Below are positions 56,029 through 64,000 of a stretch of 64,000 bases of DNA, in pieces. Under the pieces are notes generated by a model that saw only the letters and a program-made list of their open reading frames with translations, was not told the origin of the DNA and made no database searches. The stretch's first letter is position 1. Every line of letters begins with the position of its first letter. Position numbers and translations under genes: made by a program. The stretch spans positions 64,001-128,000 of IMG/VR virus record IMGVR_UViG_3300033549_000065, one strand, 5' to 3'. Origin of the DNA: a virus. Lineage: Duplodnaviria; Heunggongvirae; Uroviricota; Caudoviricetes.

Positions 56029-56068
56029 AACGCACTTCCTTTCTCAACTTAAAATTAAGATTTCCTTA

Positions 56069-56097
56069 ATCCTAACATACTAATTTTAAATTGTAAA
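56069..56097 (-). promoter_or_regulatory. sigmaA promoter for the 245 aa gene
   Basis: - strand TTTACA, 17 bp spacer, TGT-TAGGAT. Confidence 0.6.
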
Positions 56098-56113
56098 TAG
56101 AAAAAATAAATAA

Positions 56114-56181
56114 ATATTTAAATAGAATATTATTTGTTTTTATATTTAAATATTAAATAAATTTTCTTCATATTTAAATAT
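56114..56181. promoter_or_regulatory. Triple box, 28 bp period
   Basis: Boxes at 56114 (ATATTTAAATAG), 56142, 56170. Confidence 0.85.
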
Positions 56182-56211
56182 TACTTTTTTTTTATTGTAA
56201 AGCCAATATAC

Positions 56212-56574
56212 CTATTTTTTGTTATCATAAATCTCCTTACACGCATCGCAAATTGTGGAAAGCCAGTAGCCAACTGTGGTTAACTTTCCTGCTTGTCCAC
56301 AATCCTCACAGATAGTTGTGGATAAATGTTCATATTTTTTAAGTATATTATCAATAATTCCCATATAGCTTGAATCTTCAAAAGATGATGTATATACTCT
56401 AAGTCGTCCAAACTTTTCCTTTATGTAAAGCTGTGGCAATTTATGTGCGTTTTCAGTTTTTTCAATCTCTTCACACATCTTTTGGATTAATTCAAACCAT
56501 CCTACTCCGCACTCAATCATTGAAATAAATTTAAAGCGTTCACAAAGCAATTCTAGCTTATTAATTACATCCAC
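56212..56574 (-). CDS. Hypothetical phage protein with C-terminal zinc ribbon
   Basis: CGVGW, KEKFGRLRVY, CEDCG...CDAC. Confidence 0.65.
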   Translation of the reverse strand: MDVINKLELLCERFKFISMIECGVGWFELIQKMCEEIEKTENAHKLPQLYIKEKFGRLRVYTSSFEDSSYMGIIDNILKKYEHLSTTICEDCGQAGKLTTVGYWLSTICDACKEIYDNKK

Positions 56575-56862
56575 TTAATCTTTCACTTCCTCACAGACTA
56601 TAACAGCATTATAGATTATAAAGCGCTGTCCATTGATATCAAACTTAACCTTATTATTTTCAGTGCTTGGCTCAACGTCAAATTTACCTTTGACAGTCTT
56701 TAATACCTTTCCGTCATGACTATATACTGTTAATAATCTATTTAAACCTTCTCTTGCGCTTTCATTATCTTTTTTCAAACGAGCTTGCGTTTCTGTAGAA
56801 CAACCAACTATTAGCATAGAGCTTAATATTAAAATAATACTTAAAACAATGAATTTTCTCAT
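56575..56862 (-). CDS. Putative lipoprotein (DUF5052-like)
   Basis: Signal peptide with lipobox LIVGC; TVYS.DG..L.T.KGK.DV. Confidence 0.6.
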   Translation of the reverse strand: MRKFIVLSIILILSSMLIVGCSTETQARLKKDNESAREGLNRLLTVYSHDGKVLKTVKGKFDVEPSTENNKVKFDINGQRFIIYNAVIVCEEVKD

Positions 56863-56863
56863 T

Positions 56864-57073
56864 TTAAACCTCCTCTGAACTCATGAATTCTACTGCTTCC
56901 AATTGGTACATTGTTTCGGGGAAACTTATAAACTTCAAAGATGTTCCTAAATTTTTTAAAGAATCTCTCTCTTTATCTGTTAAAGTTATTAGGATTAGAA
57001 CGTTATCGCTGTCATAAGTTTCACTTGCAAATGTTCCATCTTTATTTTTGCAAAAGCCTATTTTAACCTTCAT
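56864..57073 (-). CDS. Hypothetical protein
   Basis: 69 aa, coupled within the operon. Confidence 0.5.
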   Translation of the reverse strand: MKVKIGFCKNKDGTFASETYDSDNVLILITLTDKERDSLKNLGTSLKFISFPETMYQLEAVEFMSSEEV

Positions 57074-57393
57074 TAATAAAACCTCTTTTTCTCAGAAGCA
57101 TTGATTAAACTCTTTAATTCGCTAGGAATTTTTAAATCACAATTCCTAGTATTGGAATTATTAATTTTTGCTATATCCTGCTTGTCCTCGGTTTTAAATA
57201 AATTATGAGAGGATGTTTCAGGTACATTGGGCTTTTGTTTTAGCTCAAATATAATATAACCATCTTGCATTTTAAGGCTTGAAATTATATATTTTCCTAC
57301 TTGCATGTTTGAATTAAGAACATCTAAATCTGATTGTGTTATATTTGCGGGATTAATGCTGATTTCATAAATTGTTCTTTTTGTTATTTCCAT
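57073..57393 (-). CDS. Hypothetical protein
   Basis: 106 aa, coupled within the operon. Confidence 0.5.
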   Translation of the reverse strand: MEITKRTIYEISINPANITQSDLDVLNSNMQVGKYIISSLKMQDGYIIFELKQKPNVPETSSHNLFKTEDKQDIAKINNSNTRNCDLKIPSELKSLINASEKKRFY

Positions 57394-57781
57394 TTTGATT
57401 CCTCCATGTTATTGTTCTCATGTACTCTCGGGAAGTAATAAAGTCCACATTAGAAAGTCCTGTAAAGTCCCATTCTTCAAGAATTTCCAAAGGGACTTTT
57501 ATTACCTTTCCCTTCTCTCTCAAAGTCATATCATGTATGTCCATTCTATTTATATAAGCTCTTTCGTTAGTTAACCATCGAACATATTCAACATCCACTA
57601 CATTGTTGTATGTATGATTGTTAACATAACATTTGAGTAATATGGAAGAAAATACAGCGATTCCACCTAACCAGAATGCTGCTATGGGGTTATTTATAAA
57701 ACATGCTACAAAAGATAGCAGTAAACACACAATTATAGAAAAAGCAATCCATTTTATGTAATTCATTTTAAATATCTCCAT
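57365..57781 (-). CDS. Hypothetical membrane protein (2 N-terminal TM)
   Basis: Two hydrophobic segments at the N-terminus. Confidence 0.55.
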   Translation of the reverse strand: MEIFKMNYIKWIAFSIIVCLLLSFVACFINNPIAAFWLGGIAVFSSILLKCYVNNHTYNNVVDVEYVRWLTNERAYINRMDIHDMTLREKGKVIKVPLEILEEWDFTGLSNVDFITSREYMRTITWRNQNGNNKKNNL

Positions 57782-60700
57782 ATTTCTGAACTATTTTAAA
57801 TGACTTTAAAATTAAATCTTTTTCACCTGTTGCAATCCATTCCTCCCCGACTTTTCGACAAGCATCTCTCTCATATACTTTGCCTATCTTTACTACATCA
57901 TAGAGGTTTAATATTTGTACTGGTTGCGGTTTTTCTACTGTTGGCTTAGTAAAAAATGTTTCTTTGTAGATTTTATAAGTCTTTTCCTCACCAGTTGACA
58001 AAGAATAACATTTCACTTTTGGTGTATAATCTGTGTTAATATCTATTATTATAACATAATTCGACTCAATTTCAAATACAGAATACATATAATTATAAAA
58101 TTTATGTTCTGCGACTAATTTTTCAACTGGTGTTCTTTTACAATATTTTAAGGGCAATTCCTTTATAAGACTGATAACGTCAACGTTTTTGAACAATTTC
58201 TCTGTTTCTTTTTCACAATGTTTTTTGACAATTTCTTCTGTTAACTCTAATTCAATTAATTTTTCTTTATGTAAATTTTTTCTTTCATAGAGAGATTTGA
58301 AGTTTAAATAAACTTTAAGTAAATAATTAGCATCTCCGAACTCACTGAAGAAATCAAGTTCAATCAAGGAAGTTATCTGAGAAGAATCTAAATCTGTTTG
58401 CTCCTTTATATTGACCAATAAATCCACAAAATGCTTATATTTAATTAGCTTAAGCATAAGTAATTGCTGTGCAAAATCTTTTTTCTCTCCGATGCCCTTA
58501 ACAGAAGATAGTCCTTTATAAATTGAGTTTGTCTTTTTATCAAACATATACTTATTGTAAGAATATCTGAATTTAATAGGGTTTATAATAATTTTTCTTT
58601 GCTTTGCTAACTCCATACCATCCTTTAAATCGGCTTCATTGTTGGCTCGATTTAAATATGCTGTTGTAAATTCAAGAGGGTAGTAATGTCTTAGTCTTAC
58701 ACAAGCATAACCATTCATACTATAACCCGTTGAGTGATTATACCCAAACTGGTACTCAGAACTGTCTTCAATAATTTTAATAAATTGACGGGCTTCTTCT
58801 TCTGCTATTTTTCTAGGCTTATCTGACTTTTTGCAATAACCTTCGAGAATTTTTGGAAGTTGTTCATTAAGTCCCCGAACATCTTTTTTGCCTATGCAAT
58901 TATGCACAATTAATCCATTTGCAACATAATTATGATTATCTTCAACTTCAATATCATACATATTGCAAGTCTTTGATTTTTCAATACTCTTTATTCTAAC
59001 TGGCATATAATCTGCAAATAATAATCTATAACTTGAAACTAAGTCATCCTTTTGGGCGTTTATTTTTTTGGGGGTCATGATAAAATCATCCAAATTTAAA
59101 TCTTTGGATTCTACCCAACCTCTTTGGGTTAAAAGTTTATGATTGTCCGTTACAAATATTTCATAATCGTGTTTTGTCGTAATTTTTACGGAATTTTTAA
59201 CACCATTATTAAAAACATTCAAAACCTTTTTATACTCAGAGATATTATATGTGTTAAAACTCTGAACATAATCGTCTTCTTCAACATTTTTTATAGGCTT
59301 ATAGTCTCCATTTGCCATCATAATTAAGGTGTCTTCATTTACGCATCTCCTCGTAGTATCGGCCAAACTTCCGTCAAATCCACAAATATCGGTAAGAAAT
59401 TTAATAGTGTCCTCTTGATATACGAGGTATCCATAATTTTCCTTTAATAATTCATCAATTTGTTTTGACGGATTTTTATTAAATTCTTTTTTTATTAATC
59501 TGTCCCTATAAGATTTTCCCGAAGGTCTTAACGCAGCGTTTACTATAGACATATCATTGATTTTACTCGGTTTGAATTCTTTTAATAAATCAAAGGCATA
59601 TCCACTTTCTCCTTCAAATTGAAAGACACCCACCTTAGAAACAGTCATATCTTCCCATACATTAAAGTCCCCCCAATCTATTTCATATGATTTTAAATAA
59701 GATGAATTAATGTAATTATAAACATCTTTCATAATTCCAACCGTTTTCAAACCCAATATGTCAAATTTAACATAATTTAAAATGTCAATAGGTTTCATAG
59801 AACATACTGCAACAGGTGTTTGTAAGTCACCATCTTTATAAAAAACACCTAGATTATCTGGCAATGTTATAGGACTGCCTATTATTCCTGCTGGATGATT
59901 GCCCTTTGAAATAATTGTACCTTTCAATCCATCAAAATAGCGGAATATTTCGGGATAGTCATCTTTTAATACCTCAAATTTATGCTTACTTTCATCAAGT
60001 GAGTTTAAAGCTACATTTTTATATTGAGAATTTAATTTATTCCTATATAATTCATGATGGTCAAAATCAATGTTTCTGTATTCATAGTCTAATTCTTCAA
60101 TATTAATTTCTTCAGCAATAATCTTAGCATATGCCTTAAAAATAGCATCATATTCATTCTTAATCTGCATTACAATGTCTAAGTTTAAAAATCCAAGTCC
60201 TCTAGCAATCGTATCTATAGCCCCTCTGTCTTTTAGCGTTCCAAACTGTGCTATAAATGCAGTTTTAGAAGATGAGAATTTATTAAATATCCATTTATAT
60301 ACTTTATCTCTGTCTTCTGGCGCAAAATCCATGTCAATATCAGCAAGAGAAATCCTATCAGCATTACAAAACCTAGAAAATACAGTATTCCAAATAATAG
60401 GGTCAACATCAATAATGTCTGTAATATAAGCAATAACACTTCCACCTACTGAACCACGACAAAATCCATACGGAATATTATTATTGTTGCAATATTCTAC
60501 TAACTCAGCCATAAAAAGCATAAAACTTTCCATGCCTTGTTTTGACATTGCCTCAAATTCTTCCTTTATGTGTTTGATATAATTTTCATCATTTTTATCT
60601 ATTGCATTATTATTACATTTATCTTTATACTTTTTATTTATAAGCTTTTTCCATAACTCATTTGCGTTAGCACCATATAAATTAGGGTATTTAAATGATT

Positions 60701-61547
60701 TATCGAGAGTAAAATCTTCTATTAAATCAGCAAAATAATTTGTGTTTTCTATGGCTTCAAGATATATTTCCTTTGGTAAAGATGCTTGTATTTGAAACAG
60801 TTTAACCAACTCCGCATACGTTTTCCATACTAAATCAAATTCATCTTCCTGCCCATAATAACTGCCTTTAGATTTTTGAAGTATTTTTCTGCAATCAGCT
60901 TTGTACGCACTTGCAGAGTGAGTATCAGTACCAACTATTAGTTTTAAATTATACTCCTCACTCCATTTATATAATAATTTATTATATTCTTTTTGCTCAT
61001 GGTAATTATGGTATTGAATTTCTAAAAATACTCTGTGTGAGTTTAATTTAAACCAATTTAATAAAGGAGTTATAACTTCGTTACTTTTCTCTTGCCATAA
61101 AATTGAAGCCAAACAAGCTGTAGTTATTATTATATTGTCGCTTGTTTGCATTAACTCAGAAATTGAAATCCTTGGATTATAGTAAAAATGTCTATCGCTT
61201 TTGTCTTCAGCAATTCCTTTTGAGGTTGATAGCGAATATAGAGCATTAAGTTCTTTTACGCCATCCAAATTTTTAGCATATAAACAAATATGATAGCCTC
61301 TTTCATCTGCATCTAAAGTTGTGCATAAATAAAGTTCTGTAGCATGAATGTACTTAATTCCTGCTTTGTCACAGTCCATTTTTGATTTAACCCAATCAAA
61401 TATTCCACCATGATTTGTAAAGGCAATAGCTTTCATTCCATTGTCTTTCGCAAGCTTTATGTAGTCCTTGTAATTTGTCGTTGAATCCGCATAACCATTA
61501 CAATTACTTCTGTCGTCATGAAGGTGTATTACTGTATAATTTTTCAT
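57768..61547 (-). CDS. dnaE: DNA polymerase III alpha subunit, intein-containing
   Basis: PHP domain (HLH, FTNHG, GTDTH), GRGS-like CRGSVGGS, catalytic DIDMDF, KFDILGLKT, YQED, C-terminal OB region. Confidence 0.95.
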   Translation of the reverse strand: MKNYTVIHLHDDRSNCNGYADSTTNYKDYIKLAKDNGMKAIAFTNHGGIFDWVKSKMDCDKAGIKYIHATELYLCTTLDADERGYHICLYAKNLDGVKELNALYSLSTSKGIAEDKSDRHFYYNPRISISELMQTSDNIIITTACLASILWQEKSNEVITPLLNWFKLNSHRVFLEIQYHNYHEQKEYNKLLYKWSEEYNLKLIVGTDTHSASAYKADCRKILQKSKGSYYGQEDEFDLVWKTYAELVKLFQIQASLPKEIYLEAIENTNYFADLIEDFTLDKSFKYPNLYGANANELWKKLINKKYKDKCNNNAIDKNDENYIKHIKEEFEAMSKQGMESFMLFMAELVEYCNNNNIPYGFCRGSVGGSVIAYITDIIDVDPIIWNTVFSRFCNADRISLADIDMDFAPEDRDKVYKWIFNKFSSSKTAFIAQFGTLKDRGAIDTIARGLGFLNLDIVMQIKNEYDAIFKAYAKIIAEEINIEELDYEYRNIDFDHHELYRNKLNSQYKNVALNSLDESKHKFEVLKDDYPEIFRYFDGLKGTIISKGNHPAGIIGSPITLPDNLGVFYKDGDLQTPVAVCSMKPIDILNYVKFDILGLKTVGIMKDVYNYINSSYLKSYEIDWGDFNVWEDMTVSKVGVFQFEGESGYAFDLLKEFKPSKINDMSIVNAALRPSGKSYRDRLIKKEFNKNPSKQIDELLKENYGYLVYQEDTIKFLTDICGFDGSLADTTRRCVNEDTLIMMANGDYKPIKNVEEDDYVQSFNTYNISEYKKVLNVFNNGVKNSVKITTKHDYEIFVTDNHKLLTQRGWVESKDLNLDDFIMTPKKINAQKDDLVSSYRLLFADYMPVRIKSIEKSKTCNMYDIEVEDNHNYVANGLIVHNCIGKKDVRGLNEQLPKILEGYCKKSDKPRKIAEEEARQFIKIIEDSSEYQFGYNHSTGYSMNGYACVRLRHYYPLEFTTAYLNRANNEADLKDGMELAKQRKIIINPIKFRYSYNKYMFDKKTNSIYKGLSSVKGIGEKKDFAQQLLMLKLIKYKHFVDLLVNIKEQTDLDSSQITSLIELDFFSEFGDANYLLKVYLNFKSLYERKNLHKEKLIELELTEEIVKKHCEKETEKLFKNVDVISLIKELPLKYCKRTPVEKLVAEHKFYNYMYSVFEIESNYVIIIDINTDYTPKVKCYSLSTGEEKTYKIYKETFFTKPTVEKPQPVQILNLYDVVKIGKVYERDACRKVGEEWIATGEKDLILKSFKIVQKYGDI
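58899..59345 (-). mobile_element. 149 aa mini-intein in DnaE
   Basis: Starts CVNEDTLI, block B TDNHKLLT, ends YDIEV..NHNYVANGLIVHN followed by +1 Cys; removal restores TRR|CIGKK. Confidence 0.92.
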
Positions 61548-61705
61548 TTTCTTATTTCCTCTTGAACAGTTTTAGAATCTTTCCTTTTGAGCCTTCTTCT
61601 CGCCATTTGATGGACTTCCTTTTTCATTTTTGCTCTCTTCTTTCCTTTTGCCGGGTCTCCATCAACATCTAAGTCTTGAGCCAACCTAAATTCATCCATT
61701 TTTTA

Positions 61706-62005
61706 TCATTCCTTTATCACAAATAGTGCGAATCTTTGAGCTATTGTTTGACGTACTTCTTTTATGATTTCAAGCAATTCTGTTAATTGAAGTGTTTCTT
61801 TCAATTTAACTTCATCCATAATGAAAACATTAAATAGCTTTATTGCTACATGTTCCCAACTACCATAATAACCAAGCACTTTCCATTTATGAGACTCTTT
61901 TTTTGATTTTGAATCCTTAATTTTTTCTTGTAAAATTAGGTTATAACCATCGTAAGTTACCCTGTAATTTTCATCAATAACGACTTCTGGTAATTTTTTA
62001 GTCAT
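61706..62005 (-). CDS. Hypothetical phage protein
   Basis: 99 aa, W...GYYG motif common in Firmicutes phage early genes. Confidence 0.55.
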   Translation of the reverse strand: MTKKLPEVVIDENYRVTYDGYNLILQEKIKDSKSKKESHKWKVLGYYGSWEHVAIKLFNVFIMDEVKLKETLQLTELLEIIKEVRQTIAQRFALFVIKE

Positions 62006-62127
62006 TTTAATTCTCCTTTGTTTAATTGTAACGCTTTATTTTTTATTAGTTGAAAAGAAGAACAACTTTGCAATTGCCCTTCTCAAAGATACTTAGGATA
62101 TACTTTGACTATGAGGTAGTATGTGTA

Positions 62128-62703
62128 TTAGAATAAGGTACTAATAATTCTTTCTAGTTCCTTAAAATTGCGACATCTTGTAAATGGTGTATTTGCGTTC
62201 CATGCAAACTCTTCTCCAAAACAGATTCTATAAAAGGCATTAGATTCCAATAAATTCTTATTTAAATCATCTACAAATATTGAATCCTGCATATTTGTAA
62301 GCTCGCCTTTGGCGCATAACTGCTTACTTGTATTATACAATAATACTGCCTCTTTGACAAATGGTAATTTATTTTTTATCCAAGTTGCCTTATAAGAGAT
62401 ATTGAAATGACTACCAGCACTACATATGATAATCCTGTAATCTTCTGACAAGCGCTTCAAAACATCAAAGGTATATTTATCCATGAATTCAAGCTTATAA
62501 AATAATTCAGCGGAATTAAAAATATCTTCACAACTCTTTATTAGAGGACAAACATCTTTTAAATTCCATTTATTATTCTTAGTCCAATCAGCAGGAATAA
62601 AGTTTGGATAATCCTTGTATTCACTATTATAAACCTCACAAAAGGCTTTTTGAATATTTACGATTACTCCATCCATGTCAAAGAATATTTTTCTTTTACT
62701 CAT
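62128..62703 (-). CDS. HAD-family 5'(3')-deoxyribonucleotidase
   Basis: FDMDGV, ICSA, K..WIK..LPF, FVDD. Confidence 0.85.
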   Translation of the reverse strand: MSKRKIFFDMDGVIVNIQKAFCEVYNSEYKDYPNFIPADWTKNNKWNLKDVCPLIKSCEDIFNSAELFYKLEFMDKYTFDVLKRLSEDYRIIICSAGSHFNISYKATWIKNKLPFVKEAVLLYNTSKQLCAKGELTNMQDSIFVDDLNKNLLESNAFYRICFGEEFAWNANTPFTRCRNFKELERIISTLF

Positions 62704-63012
62704 TTAATCATTCCTTTTTTCATTTTGTATTTCTAATTCTATTAACGACATTATGGCATAATTTGCCATATCCTTCAAAGTATCTATAATGCTCTCATCT
62801 GGCACTAATCTTTCATCATCAGACTTTGTACAGAGGTTTTCAAGTCTATAATACTTGTCGCCAATCCTTGTAATCGCTGAGATTATTCCTAGTTTCTGAA
62901 ACATATTGCCAAAACTATTGCCGTAATCTTTATTCTTTCTAACATAAACATCGTTTAATTCATCACATATTTCAATGTGTCTTGCATATTTATCCATAAT
63001 ATTACTCCCCAT
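62704..63012 (-). CDS. DUF1599 nucleotide-modification-associated protein
   Basis: KNKDYGNSF...RI.DK..RL...ESI.DTL.D.ANYA. Confidence 0.85.
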   Translation of the reverse strand: MGSNIMDKYARHIEICDELNDVYVRKNKDYGNSFGNMFQKLGIISAITRIGDKYYRLENLCTKSDDERLVPDESIIDTLKDMANYAIMSLIELEIQNEKRND

Positions 63013-63286
63013 TTAATTTTTTAAACCAATTCGTGTAATCATCTAAATCGCCTTTTGAATTGATATAAATAAAATAACAATATTTAAACATTTCATTGCC
63101 TTTAAATCTCTTGTAAGCTTCTAAAATGGCTTGTCTATATTCTTCTTCTGTTAAAAGAAGCCTTACAACAGGCATCATTTCGTATAAATCAATCCATTTC
63201 AGAAGCTTTTCATCTTTCATATTTTTAAAATCGTTCATTCTACGTAACCCCAGTACTTCCGAATCCTCCATGTCTGTTGTTTCCAA
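63002..63286 (-). CDS. Hypothetical protein
   Basis: ORF between dut and DUF1599; start uncertain (probably MNDFK). Confidence 0.45.
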   Translation of the reverse strand: METTDMEDSEVLGLRRMNDFKNMKDEKLLKWIDLYEMMPVVRLLLTEEEYRQAILEAYKRFKGNEMFKYCYFIYINSKGDLDDYTNWFKKLNGE

Positions 63287-63779
63287 TAGTTTTAATATCG
63301 CTAATTTCAGTAAAACGCATTTTTGGTACAGGTTTAAGAATAATTTGAGCTATTCTATCGCCTTTGTTTATTTCGTATTTTCCATTTTTGTTTCCTTTAT
63401 CCGTTAATCCATAACATAATTTACATTTATCACAACCACTAGCAAGAAATTCTTCACAATCTTCTTTGTCACAACAAGCTTCATCACAGGTATTTGTAAT
63501 TATAATACCTATTTCATCCCTATAGCCACTGTCTATAGTACCCGGACTATTTGCCACTCTCAAAGGAGTATTCTCTGAAATCCCACTTCTTGGCCTAATT
63601 TGTAATTCATATCCCACTGGAATAGCCATTTTTAACCCTGTTGGAATAATCTTTGTTTCAGCCTGTCCAATTATAACGTCTTCTGCCGACCGTATATCCA
63701 TGCAAGCATCCGATTCATTAGCGTATTCTGGTAATTGAACTCCTTCTCTGCAAATCTCAACAAAAATATTAATTGACAT
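63240..63779 (-). CDS. dut: Trimeric dUTPase with a Cys-rich insertion
   Basis: Motifs DACMD, RPRSG, GTIDSGYRDE, GDRIAQ, RHGGFGSTG. Confidence 0.95.
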   Translation of the reverse strand: MSINIFVEICREGVQLPEYANESDACMDIRSAEDVIIGQAETKIIPTGLKMAIPVGYELQIRPRSGISENTPLRVANSPGTIDSGYRDEIGIIITNTCDEACCDKEDCEEFLASGCDKCKLCYGLTDKGNKNGKYEINKGDRIAQIILKPVPKMRFTEISDIKTIGNNRHGGFGSTGVT

Positions 63780-63791
63780 TATTTTAATCTC

Positions 63792-63998
63792 CTATAAAAT
63801 ATTATTTATTCTGTAATTAAACTGCTCAATTATCTCAAGCATGTCTTTTGGTAAATACTCAAATACCTTCTCTTTAATTTCTTCTGGTATTCCATAATAA
63901 GCCTCTGCAATACTTCCGGCTATACAAGCTTGAGTGTCAGTGTCCCCACCAAGACTCACTGCCTTTCTCACGACATCTTCATAGCTATTACCCTCTAA
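63792..63998 (-). CDS. ADP-ribosylglycohydrolase, C-terminal part (runs off the window)
   Basis: Manual translation LEGNSYEDVVRKAVSLGGDTDTQACIAGSIAEAYYGIP; GGDTDT motif. Confidence 0.88.
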   Translation of the reverse strand, partial: LEGNSYEDVVRKAVSLGGDTDTQACIAGSIAEAYYGIPEEIKEKVFEYLPKDMLEIIEQFNYRINNIL

Positions 63999-64000
63999 GA

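Noticed and set aside
61544-61698. Possible TGA read-through frame upstream of dnaE
   Set aside because: That frame has further stops, and a normal 48 aa ORF with an SD (MDEFRLAQ...) explains the interval; all other genes fit code 11

Overview
The whole window is phage DNA: a 64 kb, AT-rich slice of a large long-tailed (siphovirus-like) phage of Firmicutes. The SLH-domain endolysin and sigmaA-type promoters suggest a Clostridia/Bacilli host, and the head-gene order and sizes recall SPbeta-like phages. On the + strand (1-54.2 kb) are terminase, portal, protease/scaffold, capsid, neck and major tail genes. A 14 kb island (12.6-26.6 kb) follows with about 7 glycosyltransferases, 2 methyltransferases, gmd, fcl, a cytidylyltransferase, an aldolase, a split transketolase and an SDR. 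Next come a 12-repeat Ser/Thr-rich protein, fibre/adhesin proteins, tail chaperones joined by a -1 frameshift, tape measure, Dit, Tal, a DUF285 protein, a lysis cassette and a ParA/RHH partition pair. On the - strand (54.3-64 kb) are RecU, a 245 aa conserved protein followed by two circularly permuted tRNA-like RNA modules, DnaE with a mini-intein, and nucleotide-pool enzymes. Three observations stand out: (1) the soluble glycan-synthesis island inside the virion module, a candidate virion glycosylation system; (2) a self-contained protein plus permuted-tRNA-like RNA operon; (3) a palindrome, ATATTTAAATAT, arrayed at exactly 28 bp spacing in nine intergenic regions. All product calls come from reading motifs by eye; no database searches were run.
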